Both the position numbers and the translations under genes were made by a program. Below, piece after piece: positions 9,799-21,419 of a stretch of 45,532 nucleotides of DNA (the first letter of the stretch is position 1; every line of letters begins with the position of its first letter). Location of the stretch: assembly GCF_001194135.2 (NCBI RefSeq), contig NC_068982.1, forward strand, positions 22,923,543-22,969,074, read 5' to 3'. Source of the DNA: Octopus bimaculoides (taxonomy: Eukaryota). The notes beneath the pieces were generated by a model, which made no database searches, was not told where the DNA came from, and was given only the letters and a program-made list of their open reading frames with translations.

Positions 9799-10500
9799 NN
9801 NNNNNNNNNNNNNNNNNNNNNNNNNNNNNNNNNNNNNNNNNNNNNNNNNNNNNNNNNNNNNNNNNNNNNNNNNNNNNNNNNNNNNNNNNNNNNNNNNNNN
9901 NNNNNNNNNNNNNNNNNNNNNNNNNNNNNNNNNNNNNNNNNNNNNNNNNNNNNNNNNNNNNNNNNNNNNNNNNNNNNNNNNNNNNNNNNNNNNNNNNNNN
10001 NNNNNNNNNNNNNNNNNNNNNNNNNNNNNNNNNNNNNNNNNNNNNNNNNNNNNNNNNNNNNNNNNNNNNNNNNNNNNNNNNNNNNNNNNNNNNNNNNNNN
10101 NNNNNNNNNNNNNNNNNNNNNNNNNNNNNNNNNNNNNNNNNNNNNNNNNNNNNNNNNNNNNNNNNNNNNNNNNNNNNNNNNNNNNNNNNNNNNNNNNNNN
10201 NNNNNNNNNNNNNNNNNNNNNNNNNNNNNNNNNNNNNNNNNNNNNNNNNNNNNNNNNNNNNNNNNNNNNNNNNNNNNNNNNNNNNNNNNNNNNNNNNNNN
10301 NNNNNNNNNNNNNNNNNNNNNNNNNNNNNNNNNNNNNNNNNNNNNNNNNNNNNNNNNNNNNNNNNNNNNNNNNNNNNNNNNNNNNNNAGAGAGAGAGAGA
10401 AGGAAGGAAGGAGAGGGAAGAGAGAGAGAAAGAGAGAGAGAGAAAGAAAGAGAGAGAGAGAAAGAAAGAGAGAGAGAGAGAGAGAAGGAAGGAAGGAGAG

Positions 10501-10535
<35 letters not shown>
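9740..10535. repeat. (GA)n / GAAA / GGAA purine microsatellite spanning a gap
   Basis: Read directly on both sides of the gap 9799-10387. Confidence 0.92.
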
Positions 10536-10537
<2 letters not shown>

Positions 10538-11384
10538 TGTGTGAAAAATACTACCTTGACGACTAGATGATCTTGGACAAGTAGGGTTCCATCTCTAGCC
10601 ATAGGTGGAAGTCCTGCCCTTTAACAAAAGGGACTGTATCATCCATCTCTTGACACATTAGTATACTACAACATATTTCATTTCACTCTTTTTCATCTCC
10701 TCATTCGATTTTATGTCAACCTACAACTTACATCCATTGTAATGTTACCTTCAATCGATACTCTTTTGGCGAATGACAAAAATCATTATGACAGATTAGT
10801 TAGAACGTCAGAAAAAAAAGTGCCTTGCAGTGTTTCTGTTAGAAGGGGTGAAAATGCCTTGCAAAAATACTCAGATGTCTCCAACTCATTGACAAGTATC
10901 GATAACATTTCACAACTACGCCATTGTGAACTTAGATAAATTGCATCGAGTTATCCAGATGCTCTCAAGAGAACGTATTATGTAGCCCAGTGATATAAGG
11001 AGGGCTAGATTTTTTCAAAATGTTAAATTATTGGTTACACAGACCATAAATATGTGATTTGTTCTGTCGATCTTTGTAGGCTTGGTATAGGTAGGGACAC
11101 AATTATTGGAAGATGAAAGCATCGCTCCCGACGGATTAGTAAATTAATGCAGCTGGCGTTGACAGAGTAATCGTCTACAGCAAATGGTGGTTCACCTCAA
11201 AAAGCGTGATAAGATTCAAATCGATAAAATTTACTTAGGTTATGGCGATAAAGAACGCTAGAATAGAAGGAGAATTAATTAGAAATTTAAAAGAGCTGCT
11301 TAGGTAAGGCAATATGACCGACATGCTCGTGAAGATGTGCCTGCTAGCAATACTTGGCGACTGTCCTCAGATTCGACCCAGCTT

Positions 11385-11475
11385 TCCGCACTTGGATCAT
11401 CTCAGTGATCAAAGTGCGGATGCTTACAGTGAATGACCACCTACCTCGGGTGCTTACAGTAAATGACCACCTACC
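11385..11475 (+). repeat. Hairpin (11385-11420) immediately followed by a 30-bp-period tandem duplication
   Basis: TCCGCACTT-G-GATCA-tctcag-TGATC-A-AAGTGCGGA, then TGCTTACAGTRAATGACCACCTACC at 11421 and 11451. Confidence 0.8.
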
Positions 11476-11499
11476 AGAAACTTTCAATATCATGCCCAT

Positions 11500-12640
11500 G
11501 CTCCGCCGAAATTGTTTCCATCGACTCTTTTGTATGTTCTGGCTCTAGTGCTATTACTGCGGAAAGTGGTGACGCTGAGGCCCGCAAACAAGGACGTGGG
11601 AAAACGTATGCAAACCTTGTCACTGTCATAGTGTCGGTAAGCAGGCTGATCGGCATTACTCAGAGCGGATTCGAAGTAGGCCTGCAGTTCAGCTCTCGAA
11701 GAAGTAGATCCACGTCGTCTAGCAGCATCGTGGGATGCTAGATAGAGAGACCGGTTACATTTCTCGTTTTCTGAATTGGTCTACATCTCCAAGTGAAGAA
11801 GGATTGCGACGAGGTGACAAGCAGAGCGACGAACATCACATATGACATCCGTCATGTATAGTCGCTTGACTGTTATGCTTTACTTCAGTTCACGTTTTAT
11901 TGTACTGGGACGCCTGCTTATTTGCTCTCTGTGGAAGAGACGCGTTACGATGGAAGTGGGGACTATGTATCTATCGATTTCGGATTGGGGGACTATGGAT
12001 AATTTCCTCAAAGCTCTGGTCTGGTCTGAAATCTCGGGTGGGTGGGGGTTATTTCTCGTTCGAGATAAACTTTTCAACCGAACCTGCTCGAGATGTGTGC
12101 AGTACGACGAAACTGTTTCGATCATTCTGTTTCATTGCCAAGCTGTTGTTGACTTGAGGAGTTACGTTGATAACCTACTGGGGCGAGTAGGATGGACCCA
12201 GCTATTGATTGAATCCTTTGGTCGGGAATAACAAGCAGTGTTTGCCTGGTGGTCTTGACGAAAGAGGTTGTGTGGTGAATGAACCAGAGTGAATGAGATG
12301 CACTTTGGACAAGGACGCATCAACTTTTTCAAGGTTTACTTGAAAAGGAAAGTGAGGGTGGAGAAGGAAGTGCTTACTTTCAGCAAATTTATTGAAAGGT
12401 GTGTGCGAGTGGAAAGTCTAGTTGAAGGTAACGAAGCTGTTCTGAGCATGCGGCTGTGGATTGACGTAGAGGATGAAGTGAGGACACATGACATGGCCGT
12501 CACGGTGACCGTGGTTTTGTGGGGTTTCCACGAGCAGGATTTAGAAGTCCACTATCTTTTGGTGAACTTTCTTGTTTCAATTTTCTTTGTTTTTGTTTAT
12601 TTAATTATTTGCACTCCCTCATGTAACCCCGCATCATATC
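11500..12640 (-). other. GC-richer, repeat-free block; possibly a decayed retroelement 5'/ORF1 region, unidentified
   Basis: Composition differs from the flanks. Interrupted minus-strand frames (e.g. LSIVPQSEIDRYIVPTSIVTRLFHREQISRRPSTIKRELK) have no motif I can name. Confidence 0.25.
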
Positions 12641-12788
12641 ATGTGGTATTGGCTTGCCTTGTCCTGTACCATTAAACGATCTGTTTGGAAGCCTTTATTG
12701 GTGAAGAAAAGAAATTACCACCACCACCACCACCACCACCAATACTACTACTACTACTACTACTACTAATAATAATAATAATAATAAT

Positions 12789-12920
12789 TCTTTTTACTAT
12801 AGGTGCAAGGCATGAACTTTGGGGGTGGGGGATTAGCCGATTACATCGATCCCATTGTTTCACTGGTACTTAATTTATCAACTTCCGAAAGGATGAAAGG
12901 CAAAGTTGACCACGGCGGAA
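12789..12920 (-). mobile_element. SINE family B, 3' part
   Basis: TACTATAGGTGCAAGG...CTGGTACTTAATTTATC...GAAAGGATGAAAGGCAAAGTTGACC. Matches 17740-17971. Confidence 0.85.
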
Positions 12921-13076
12921 ACTGACAATAATAATGATGATGATGATAACAATAATTTTAATGTGATATAATTCGAATAGTGTAAAGGTGGAATAAATTT
13001 AGATTGGGTTACCATTTCAGTAAACTAAAATTTGTTTTGTGACTATATATATATGTATTATTACCCTCACCCTACC

Positions 13077-13151
<75 letters not shown>

Positions 13152-15149
13152 AATTCATTGTATTATCCTAGGTGAAATGTTCATGACATTTTCTGTAATA
13201 ATTTTTCTGGAGAGAGAGAGAGAGATAGTGCTTTGACTTCATTTAATTTTTTTTATATATGATTCACTTAGAGCTTTGATGACCACCTGCTGAGTTCTTG
13301 CGTTCATATTTTCTTTTCCAACTCTTTCTAATTACTGAGATCGTCTGGCGTTAGTTCATCTGTTTAACAGAATACATTATTCTTTATACAAACTATACTT
13401 TAGGCGTCATGACCTATATGATATTGTGATGTTGGTTGGCTCAGTCAGTGATTCTCAGATTAAAAAATGCTAATACATTTGACTACAATATTAGGAAACC
13501 TTTTCGCCCTCCTGTCTTTATTAATTAGAAAGTAAAATAGAATTTGCATCCATATAATTCTTCCTTCTTTACCATGACACTGGACAAGTTTCTAATCTTC
13601 AGAGACACCCCTCCTGTGAAAAACACTGGATTAACTTATCTTCCTATGTAAACATAATGCGGTTTATATTTCGTCAGAAATCGCTGTATGTTTAAGATTT
13701 TCACGTCAAAACTATGTGGATCGGAGTTCAGATCCATGAGCCTCGGTACAATGAAAAGGCTTGAGAATGATGAAAACGTGTAGAAATAAAATGTGTCTTC
13801 TTATTCTTGGGTGGCAGATTTAACTTAGTTTAGCACTTTACCTGAACATTAAGTGATTTTCGATGAGCTCACCTTGTAAATACTACGACCAGATTTCCAA
13901 GGTAATGATAACTTAGTCCCTTCTGCCACCAACTGCAGATCCCTAAAATAGATCATGAAAATTGCTCTTTCTCCTTAAATGAAGCCATTAAAAAACTCTC
14001 TTTTATGGTGTCATACTAACCCCAGTTCAAACATTTTATACATTTTACGCATGCAGCGCAGCTTTCTGTTAGTGAACAGGTGGTAGTTTTGAGCGTCGAA
14101 AATGTTAACATCATTTTACGAATAAACGATTAAATGAAGTTAACAGGATTTGTGTGTTCCTGAATGGAATTCCGCGCTTTATTTGCCTTAGTTTCAGCGC
14201 ACGTCTTCGGATCAAATTCCTTGCTATGCAGGTACATCTCCGTAATTTTATATATCCTTCAACAGAAACAGCTACTAAGGCGATGAAAATTGCAGTCGAC
14301 AGCGTGCTGGAAAGAAGACCTCACAATATTTGTTCCGATTTCCTTTGCTCTGAGTTCAAATTTTGCTGAGAGAACTTTAACTGTTTCAAGGTCGGGCAAA
14401 ATTCCCTGCGATTTCTATGCTGACGCTTAGATTCTGACTGCAACGCTATCGACGATGCTGGAGCCAAGATGTATCGACCAGATAAACATACTTGGTGTAG
14501 AAAGAGGAGACTTGAAAGCAGGGGAAAATGTTAGTCTTCCTAAAAAATAAAATTATAATGTGGCCCAGGCCTGCGCATTCATGTGCAGATGCATGCTGAA
14601 ATTTGACTGCCGGATGCCCTATTAGTTGTAAATAGATAACTACCGGCTTATGATCTTCCTCAATGCGCTGCGAGACTGTCGATGTATGCTACCTGTCTGG
14701 CGTTTATGACAAATAGGTTGTTCCGACCTGAGGAGCATACGCCACTCCGGCATGAAAACTATGTGTTATATATATTCTTATTTCCTCTTACAAGACATTA
14801 ATCTCGGAGTGTCATTATTAGGTTACATGTCTCTATAAGTGTGACTTTTTAAGTCAACTATAACTAATTCTCAAACATAGACTGGTCTGTTTAATTTAGG
14901 ATTTTAATCCATATTGAATTAGTTATCGAGTAGATCAATGAAAAAATGTGTTCCAGCTATGAATACTCATCTTTATGCTCTGGACTGGATATAAGCCTAC
15001 ATTATATACCTACAAAATGGCTCTTAATTACAAAGACAGTTGAGTTTAAGTGGAGGGAGATTTGGCTGCTATTTGTAGAACGTTTAGAGATTACATAGAG
15101 ATTCGCTTATTATTCAGCCGTCCCTTTCAATTTATCATCTTTTATTTTT

Positions 15150-15436
15150 TTTTACTTGTTCCATCCATTGATCAAGGAAATAGCGCATACGCGGTCACCA
15201 GTCCTAATTTTTAGAGCCTGGTACTCATTATACCTTTATTTTTACCGAACCATCAGGTTACGGAGACATAATGAAAGCAAAACTAATTAAACGGTAGGTG
15301 ACAGACACAAAGACACGCGCACACACGAATACACTCATACAAAATTCAGTCATAAGGCATTGGTTGGTTCAGGGCTATAGAAGAAGACAATTGGCTAAGA
15401 CGACCTACAGTAGGTCGGAGCCCGGATTCACATGAT
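15150..15436 (-). mobile_element. SINE family A, old degenerate copy
   Basis: Residual blocks TTTACTTGTT, CCTGGTACT, GGGCTATAGAAGAAGACA and GAGCCCGGA in family order. Confidence 0.6.
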
Positions 15437-16049
15437 CCTTCCTGTGTAGAGGCAATTGGCAAAATTTCTGATTTCCGCTACATATAATTTGTATTGTGTT
15501 CGGTGTGGCAAATTATGGGTTCTATCGTTTTGCACTTGTAACTGTTAAAACCATCTATACAAATTTTGTATTGTAGTTCTTACATGTGTAATATAATCAG
15601 TTGAAAAAATTAGATTAAATGCTATTATCTTTGCAGTCATTATGCAAAATGTCCTTCTAACGGCTGTTTAACATCTAAAAGCAATAAACAAGGGAGATAA
15701 TAGCATTGAAATCAATAAAACTGAAATGACAACGCATATGGGAAGGTTCTTGCGCTTACATCCAACAAGTGAAAGCAACATACAGTTTACATCTCATAAG
15801 AGCTCTTATGGAAGATACATTCAACTTAATTGCCTTACAAGTGATTAGCACGTATAGAAACAGCAGTGACGTAATGACACTGATTCTGAATCTCAACAAT
15901 ATGGCTCAACCAGAGGGCAAGAAGAAGGACCTCAAATAAGGGTTCTGCACGATAAATGTCTATTCTGTTGGGACTCGTATATGTAGTATAGTGAATTCAA
16001 ACAGTTCAGTTACCTAAGATTATAAATGTAGTTACTTGACAAAAAGTGT

Positions 16050-16900
16050 TTAAAATCTAAAAGCAACCTGTATATACAATAACTTAATTTCAAATTAAAG
16101 ACAACACTGACAGAAATGATTCAATTTTCTTTTAGAAAGTAAAATTGTTTTTATAGACCATATCTACCTGCGAAAAACGTATTTAGTTTGGGATGTGTAT
16201 AATGTGAATAAGTTTTTGGATGAATTAAACTACATTTTCAATTTCTCTTGATTTAGATATACATTTTATTACACTGAAGTTGTAGACCGCTAAAGTATTA
16301 ATAGCTTCCAGTTTTATATTATTCTAGAAGCTTTGATATATTCCTTTCGAATCATCTCTTCCGTTCTATCATTTTGTGTCTATGCCTCTTTCTTAAGACT
16401 TAGGTACATGTATCTCCAAGTATTGTATTGCATGGCCGATTTTTATCTTCAGTGTTTATTGATTTGGTCAGCTTACTTCGCTGTTGAACGAATCTGGTTT
16501 ATTTGTCAAACTGAAAAGCCCTGACAACATCACATCAATGTACATCTGTACGGTTTGGGAAAGATTTTTTTCCAATACGTCTCTAGAATGCCACATTATA
16601 GTTTCATACCAAGCATGCAGAGCAGATGATTAATTTTGCATGTATTGCTATTCTAGTCATTTCAGATCTCTTGCTTAACGAGACAACAGTTGGCTAGAAC
16701 AATATCGGTATTCTATTTTAGATATTGATAATCCCATTTCTTACATTACACTTATGGCTGGGTTAATACTACATATAGACACACTAGTGTTCAAGATGAC
16801 ATCATTCAACAGTGACAGTAAACATTACTATCGATTCCGGAATCCTTGTATGATGTTTAGAATCAACAGACTTTCAACAAACGATATCCATTTCTCTTGT
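16050..16900 (-). pseudogene. Heavily decayed R4/Dong-like RT/thumb region
   Basis: Minus-strand blocks in the expected order: KINHLLCM..MKL (cf. KINHLLYMDDLKL), YMYLS (cf. YKYLG), EMIRKEYIKASRII, KLEAINTLAV. Confidence 0.6.
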
Positions 16901-16953
16901 AGACAATGTTCTAATTTTGCTTTGTTCATCAAGGTTTAGCTTTAGTAACCCTA

Positions 16954-17189
16954 TACTCTTTTACTCTTTTACACTTTTACTTGTTTCAGTCATTTGACTG
17001 TGGCCATGCTGGAGCACCGCCTTTAGTCGAGCAAATCGACTGACTCCAACATTTATTCTTTGGAAGCCTAGTACTTATTCTATTGGTCTATTTTGCCGAA
17101 CCGCTAAGTTACGGGGACGTAAATACACCAGCATCGATTGTCAAGCGATGGTGGCAGAAGACAAAAACACAGACACACAAACACACACA

Positions 17190-17255
<66 letters not shown>

Positions 17256-17419
17256 CGACGGGCTTCTTTCAGTTTCCGTCTACCAAATCCACTCAGAAGG
17301 CTTTGGTCGGCCCGAGGCTATAGTAGAAGACACTTGCCCAAGGTGCTACGCAGTGGGACTGAACCCGGAACCATATAGTTGGTAAGCAAGCTACCTACCA
17401 CACAGTCACTCCTACGCCT
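16954..17419 (-). mobile_element. SINE family A, full length, with internal (TA)n(TG)n tract
   Basis: Head AGGCGTAGGAGTGACTGTGTGG...GGTTCAGTCCC, body, internal microsatellite, and a tail ending in GAGTAAAA-like repeats. Confidence 0.95.
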
Positions 17420-17439
17420 ATGATTATCTTTCTTTTTTA

Positions 17440-18110
17440 AAGTTTTTCGTTTACTCGTTTCAGTTATTAGACAGTGGCCATGCTGAAGCCCCTATTAGAA
17501 GAATTTTAGTCAGACGAATCGACCCCATTACTTGATCTTTTTAAAATCTGGTACTTACTTTTTCGTTCACATTTTGCCGAATCACTAAGTTATGGGGACG
17601 TAAACACACTAACACCGTTTGTCAAGTCGCAATGGGACACACACAAACATAGGTACACACACAGACGCAGGCACTCACATATACACAGACACATACACGC
17701 ACACGCATACATATATGCGAAGGGTTTCTTTCAGTCTCTTATTTCTTTATTGCCCACAAGGGGGCTAAACATAGAGGGGACAAACAAGAATAGACAATGG
17801 GATTAAGTCGATTACATCGACTCCAGTGCGTAACTGGTACTTAATTTATCGACCCCGAAAGGATGAAAGGCAAAGTCGACCTCGGCGGAATTTGAACTCA
17901 GAACGTGAAGACAGGCGAAATACCGCTAAGCATTTCACCCGGCGTGCTACCGATTCTGCCATCTCGCCGCCTTTCTTTCAGTCTCTGTCTAACAAATCCA
18001 CTTACAAGGATTTGGTTGACTCAGGGTCAATAGTAGAACGTACTTGCCCCAGGTGGGAGTGAACCCAGAACCATGTGATTGGGAAGCAAACTTTTTACAA
18101 CACACAGCCA
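17440..18110 (-). mobile_element. SINE family A, older copy interrupted by a family B SINE
   Basis: Tail and body at 17440-17739; head resumes at 17987-18110 after the insertion. Confidence 0.85.
17740..17971 (-). mobile_element. SINE family B, full length, with a perfect 15-bp target-site duplication
   Basis: TTTCTTTCAGTCTCT at 17725-17739 and 17972-17986. Head GGCGGCGAGATGGCAGAATCGG...GAGTTCAAATTCC; central GACTTTGCCTTTCATCCTTTCGGGGTCGATAAATTAAGTACCAG. Confidence 0.95.
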
Positions 18111-18346
18111 ACTATAATGCGTTGGATCACATGACTTGTTTGATGTCATCAGTGTTTTGGTAGTAAATGGATAGAATTGTTAGAACCTATGTTGTTTCTT
18201 CATTAAATCGAAGACATTTTAATCTGCTGACATTCAATCTTTGATTAAGACTTATATTCAGTATATTGCGAGACATATCTCTCTCTCTCTCTCTCTTTCT
18301 CTCTCTATCTCTCTCTCTCTCTCTCACACTCTCTCTCTCCCTCTCC

Positions 18347-18406
<60 letters not shown>

Positions 18407-18683
18407 CCCTGGGCAAGTGTCTTCTACTATAGCCTCGGGCCGAACAAAGCCGTGTGAGTGGATTTGGTAGACGGAAACCCGTCGTATATACATATGTATA
18501 TGATTATGTGTGTCTGTGTTTGTCTTACCCCTACCATGGCTTGCCAACCGATGTTGGTGTGTTTACGGCCCCGTAAGTTAGCGGTTCGACAAAGGGACCG
18601 ATAGAATAAGTACTAGGCTTACAAGGAATAAGTCCTGGGGTCGTGTTGTTTGACTAAAGGCGGTGCTCCAGCATGGCCGCAGT
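18407..18683 (+). mobile_element. SINE family A, lacking head and extreme tail
   Basis: CCCTGGGCAAGTGTCTTCTACTATAGCC through GGTGCTCCAGCATGGCCGCAGT. Confidence 0.92.
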
Positions 18684-18812
18684 GTTCCTTTTTGTGCAAG
18701 AGCATAGGCTCGAAACGTTAAAGACTTTTTCAATTCCCGAGCGTTATACTAATACATTTATTTGTTTTCTACACCACCTGTCTTCGTCCGTTGTTTCTTC
18801 GTAAATTCTCCC
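18684..18812 (+). mobile_element. PLE-type terminal-repeat fragment with a decayed hammerhead motif (18688-18723)
   Basis: CTTT-TTGTGCA-A-GAGC atag GCTC-GAAAC-GTT-AAAG. Homologous to 3378-3600 and ends at (TA) next to a gap. Confidence 0.6.
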
Positions 18813-18977
18813 ATATATANNNNNNNNNNNNNNNNNNNNNNNNNNNNNNNNNNNNNNNNNNNNNNNNNNNNNNNNNNNNNNNNNNNNNNNNNNNNNNNNN
18901 NNNNNNNNNNNNNNNNNNNNNNNNNNNNNNNNNNNNNNNNNNNNNNNNNNNNNNNNNNNNNNNNNNNNNNNNNNNTA

Positions 18978-19023
<46 letters not shown>

Positions 19024-19052
19024 GCGTATGTGTGTGCTAAAAGTAATCGTTT

Positions 19053-19242
19053 CCACTCTAGGCACAAGGCTCAAAATTTTTGGGGAAGGGGCCAGTTGAT
19101 TAGATCGACTCCAGTACGCAACTGCTACTTAATTTATCAACCTCGAAAGGGTGAAAGGCAGAGTCGACCTCGGTGGAATTTGAACTCAGAACGTAATGGC
19201 AGACGAAATACCGCTAAGCATTTCGCCCAGCGTGCTAACGTT
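19053..19242 (-). mobile_element. SINE family B lacking its first ~17 nt, flanked by imperfect ~21-bp direct repeats
   Basis: TGTGTGCTAAAAGTAATCGTTT (19031-19052) and TGTGTGTTAAAAATAATGTTT (19243-19263). Confidence 0.9.
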
Positions 19243-19698
19243 TGTGTGTTAAAAATAATGTTTGTAAAATGAATACAATAGGCGAGGCAGAAATAAGTCA
19301 ATATATGAGTGAACAAGCAAATCGACAATTTCTTTACATATCTAGTAAGTAGAATACTTCATTGTATGGTAATGAAAATCTCTGACGTAATAATCTTGAC
19401 TTCAGTAGTGGTAGAAGTTTGATTACAGAGTCTGTATCGCAAAATACTATGGAGAAACGATTTTCTTTTAAAAGAAGACATTTTTATTGCTTCATACCGT
19501 TTTTGAGCAGGAATTTAGCAACGTAGACAAATTAGTTGACGTAAAGCCGCAGAAGGCCATGCAGGCAACGAGCAGGCCGTGTCGTTGTTAGTATTCATTG
19601 AAAGAAACCGCAAAGCAAGTTATTGCTCTGAGTCCGTCTCGTCTGCGCATGACGAATACAGTTTTTCCCTTACAGTATACAAGAATCACTAAATATAG

Positions 19699-19699
<1 letters not shown>

Positions 19700-19761
<62 letters not shown>

Positions 19762-19835
19762 ACCGCTGCTGCAACTGATAATGCTACTCCTACTGTTAAT
19801 ACTACTCTTCCTGATATTGCTGCTGCTATTGCTGC

Positions 19836-19893
<58 letters not shown>

Positions 19894-19930
19894 ATAGTAG
19901 TAGTAGTAGTAGTAGTTGCAGCAGCAGCTG
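19700..19930. repeat. (CTA)n(CTG)n ... (TAG)n(CAG)n compound microsatellite
   Basis: (CTA)n about 19700-19743 and (TAG)n about 19838-19915. Confidence 0.9.
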
Positions 19931-20029
19931 CAAAAAGTAAGAATTTGTTTTATTGGTCACAAGCGCGCTGTTCGTGGGGGACAGTACAAAGACGACATAG
20001 GATAAAAAAAAATCCGAAAATAAACAGTG

Positions 20030-20310
20030 AGGAGAATTTTACATCGTGTAAAAGGAAGTGGATTGGTAGCACAATTAGAAATGACAAACCAAATGTAGCG
20101 AAAAGTGCTTTACAGTAGAATCCGGATGTATATAGAAAGAGGGATAGGCCTAAAGACTCGTGGCATAGATCAACACAAAAGGGACTAGAGAAAGGGGGAA
20201 ATTCATAGCAGAGTATGAGTACAGAAGCGAGAAATTATGCGACATGGAATTCAATTATAAGTGGCCTATACGCCGCGTTGGAGGGTTAAAGGCAAGAAAG
20301 AAAGAAAGAA
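20030..20310 (+). pseudogene. RTE-clade LINE 3' end
   Basis: One frame: KRKWIGSTIRNDKPNVAKSALQ*NPDVYRKRDRPKDSWHRS..NS*QSM..ARNYATWNSIISGLYA. Both stops sit at positions that are Trp in RTE C-termini. (AAAG)n tail follows. Confidence 0.85.
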
Positions 20311-20884
20311 AATAGTGAAATGAACTATAACAATAAAGATATATTCATAAATAAATAACAACGAGAAGCAATAGCTATAACGAACAACAAATTTTGACAA
20401 CAAGGAAGGATTCCCAAATGGAGATCAACCTCTAAACTCACAAATATAGATTACCCCTAACACGCTAAAAGAAAGCACTTTCTCATATTGCGTGCCGCTA
20501 TCCCACATCTACACGTCATTCCAGCGCTTNNNNNNNNNNNNNNNNNNNNNNNNNNNNNNNNNNNNNNNNNNNNNNNNNNNNNNNNNNNNNNNNNNNNNNN
20601 NNNNNNNNNNNNNNNNNNNNNNNNNNNNNNNNNNNNNNNNNNNNNNNNNNNNNNNNNNNNNNNNNNNNNNNNNNNNNNNNNNNNNNNNNNNNNNNNNNNN
20701 NNNNNNNNNNNNNNNNNNNNNNNNNNNNNNNNNNAAAAACAAAAGCAGCAACACGAACAATACTTTAAACATAATACAAAACGCACAGTTAAAAGATACA
20801 CTCACAAGTGTGTTGCAGGCAGTAATGCAATTAAAGCACGCAATAAAAATAAGACTTCTGATTTGATCATAATAATAATATTAA

Positions 20885-20931
20885 ATATGATGATGATGAT
20901 GATAACAATAACAATAATGACAATAATACTG

Positions 20932-21023
<92 letters not shown>

Positions 21024-21055
21024 TATGATGATGATGATGATGATGATAATAATAT
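20885..21055. repeat. (ATG)n(CTA)n(ATA)n(ATG)n compound trinucleotide tract
   Basis: Read directly. Confidence 0.92.
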
Positions 21056-21149
21056 TCAGTATAGCAGAGAACATAAGAGAATTAATTAGCTTTAGCTTGA
21101 ATAAATGGAAAGTACATCTCTACTCAGGTGACACACGCTCTTAAGGAAA

Positions 21150-21310
21150 GTGAATATCAAAACAGCAATTTTCGAGGGGGGAATCGTTGTTTTATTCAAT
21201 ATTTGTCTTATATTTAGTATTGAGGAAGGCAAGGGCAGAGTATCAGTTCAGAAATAGTAAGGGAAAAATTGACCATTTGCTCTATATGGATGATCTGAAC
21301 CCTTTAAGTA
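21150..21310 (+). pseudogene. R4/Dong-like RT fragment (domains 4-5)
   Basis: VNIKTAIFEGESL...LRKARAEYQFRNSKGKIDHLLYMDDL. Confidence 0.8.
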
Positions 21311-21342
21311 AGAATGTGCTGTGCTTAGATACTTGCACATTA

Positions 21343-21415
21343 ATTTCACAAGCGGGCTGTTCCGTTGATCGTCTCAATTGAAACACTCGTCGTCGTGACC
21401 GACGGAGAGACAGAC
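21343..21415 (+). mobile_element. SINE family C 3' tail fragment
   Basis: GTTCCGTTGATCG...AACACTCGTCGTCGT, matching the 3' end of 41481-41732. Confidence 0.65.
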
Positions 21416-21419
21416 CGCT

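Noticed and set aside
11421-11475. Direct repeats as a possible CRISPR-like array
   Set aside because: Only two units with 5-nt spacing, in eukaryotic DNA; a simple tandem duplication.
14728-14770. CTGAGGA-GCATACGCC-actcc-GGCAT-GAAAAC hammerhead-like string
   Set aside because: Stem II does not close correctly and there is no stem I complement.
16328-16403. Apparent plus-strand exon (TTCTAG| ... AG|GTACAT)
   Set aside because: It is the antisense of the decayed R4/Dong thumb region (EMIRKEYIKASRII).
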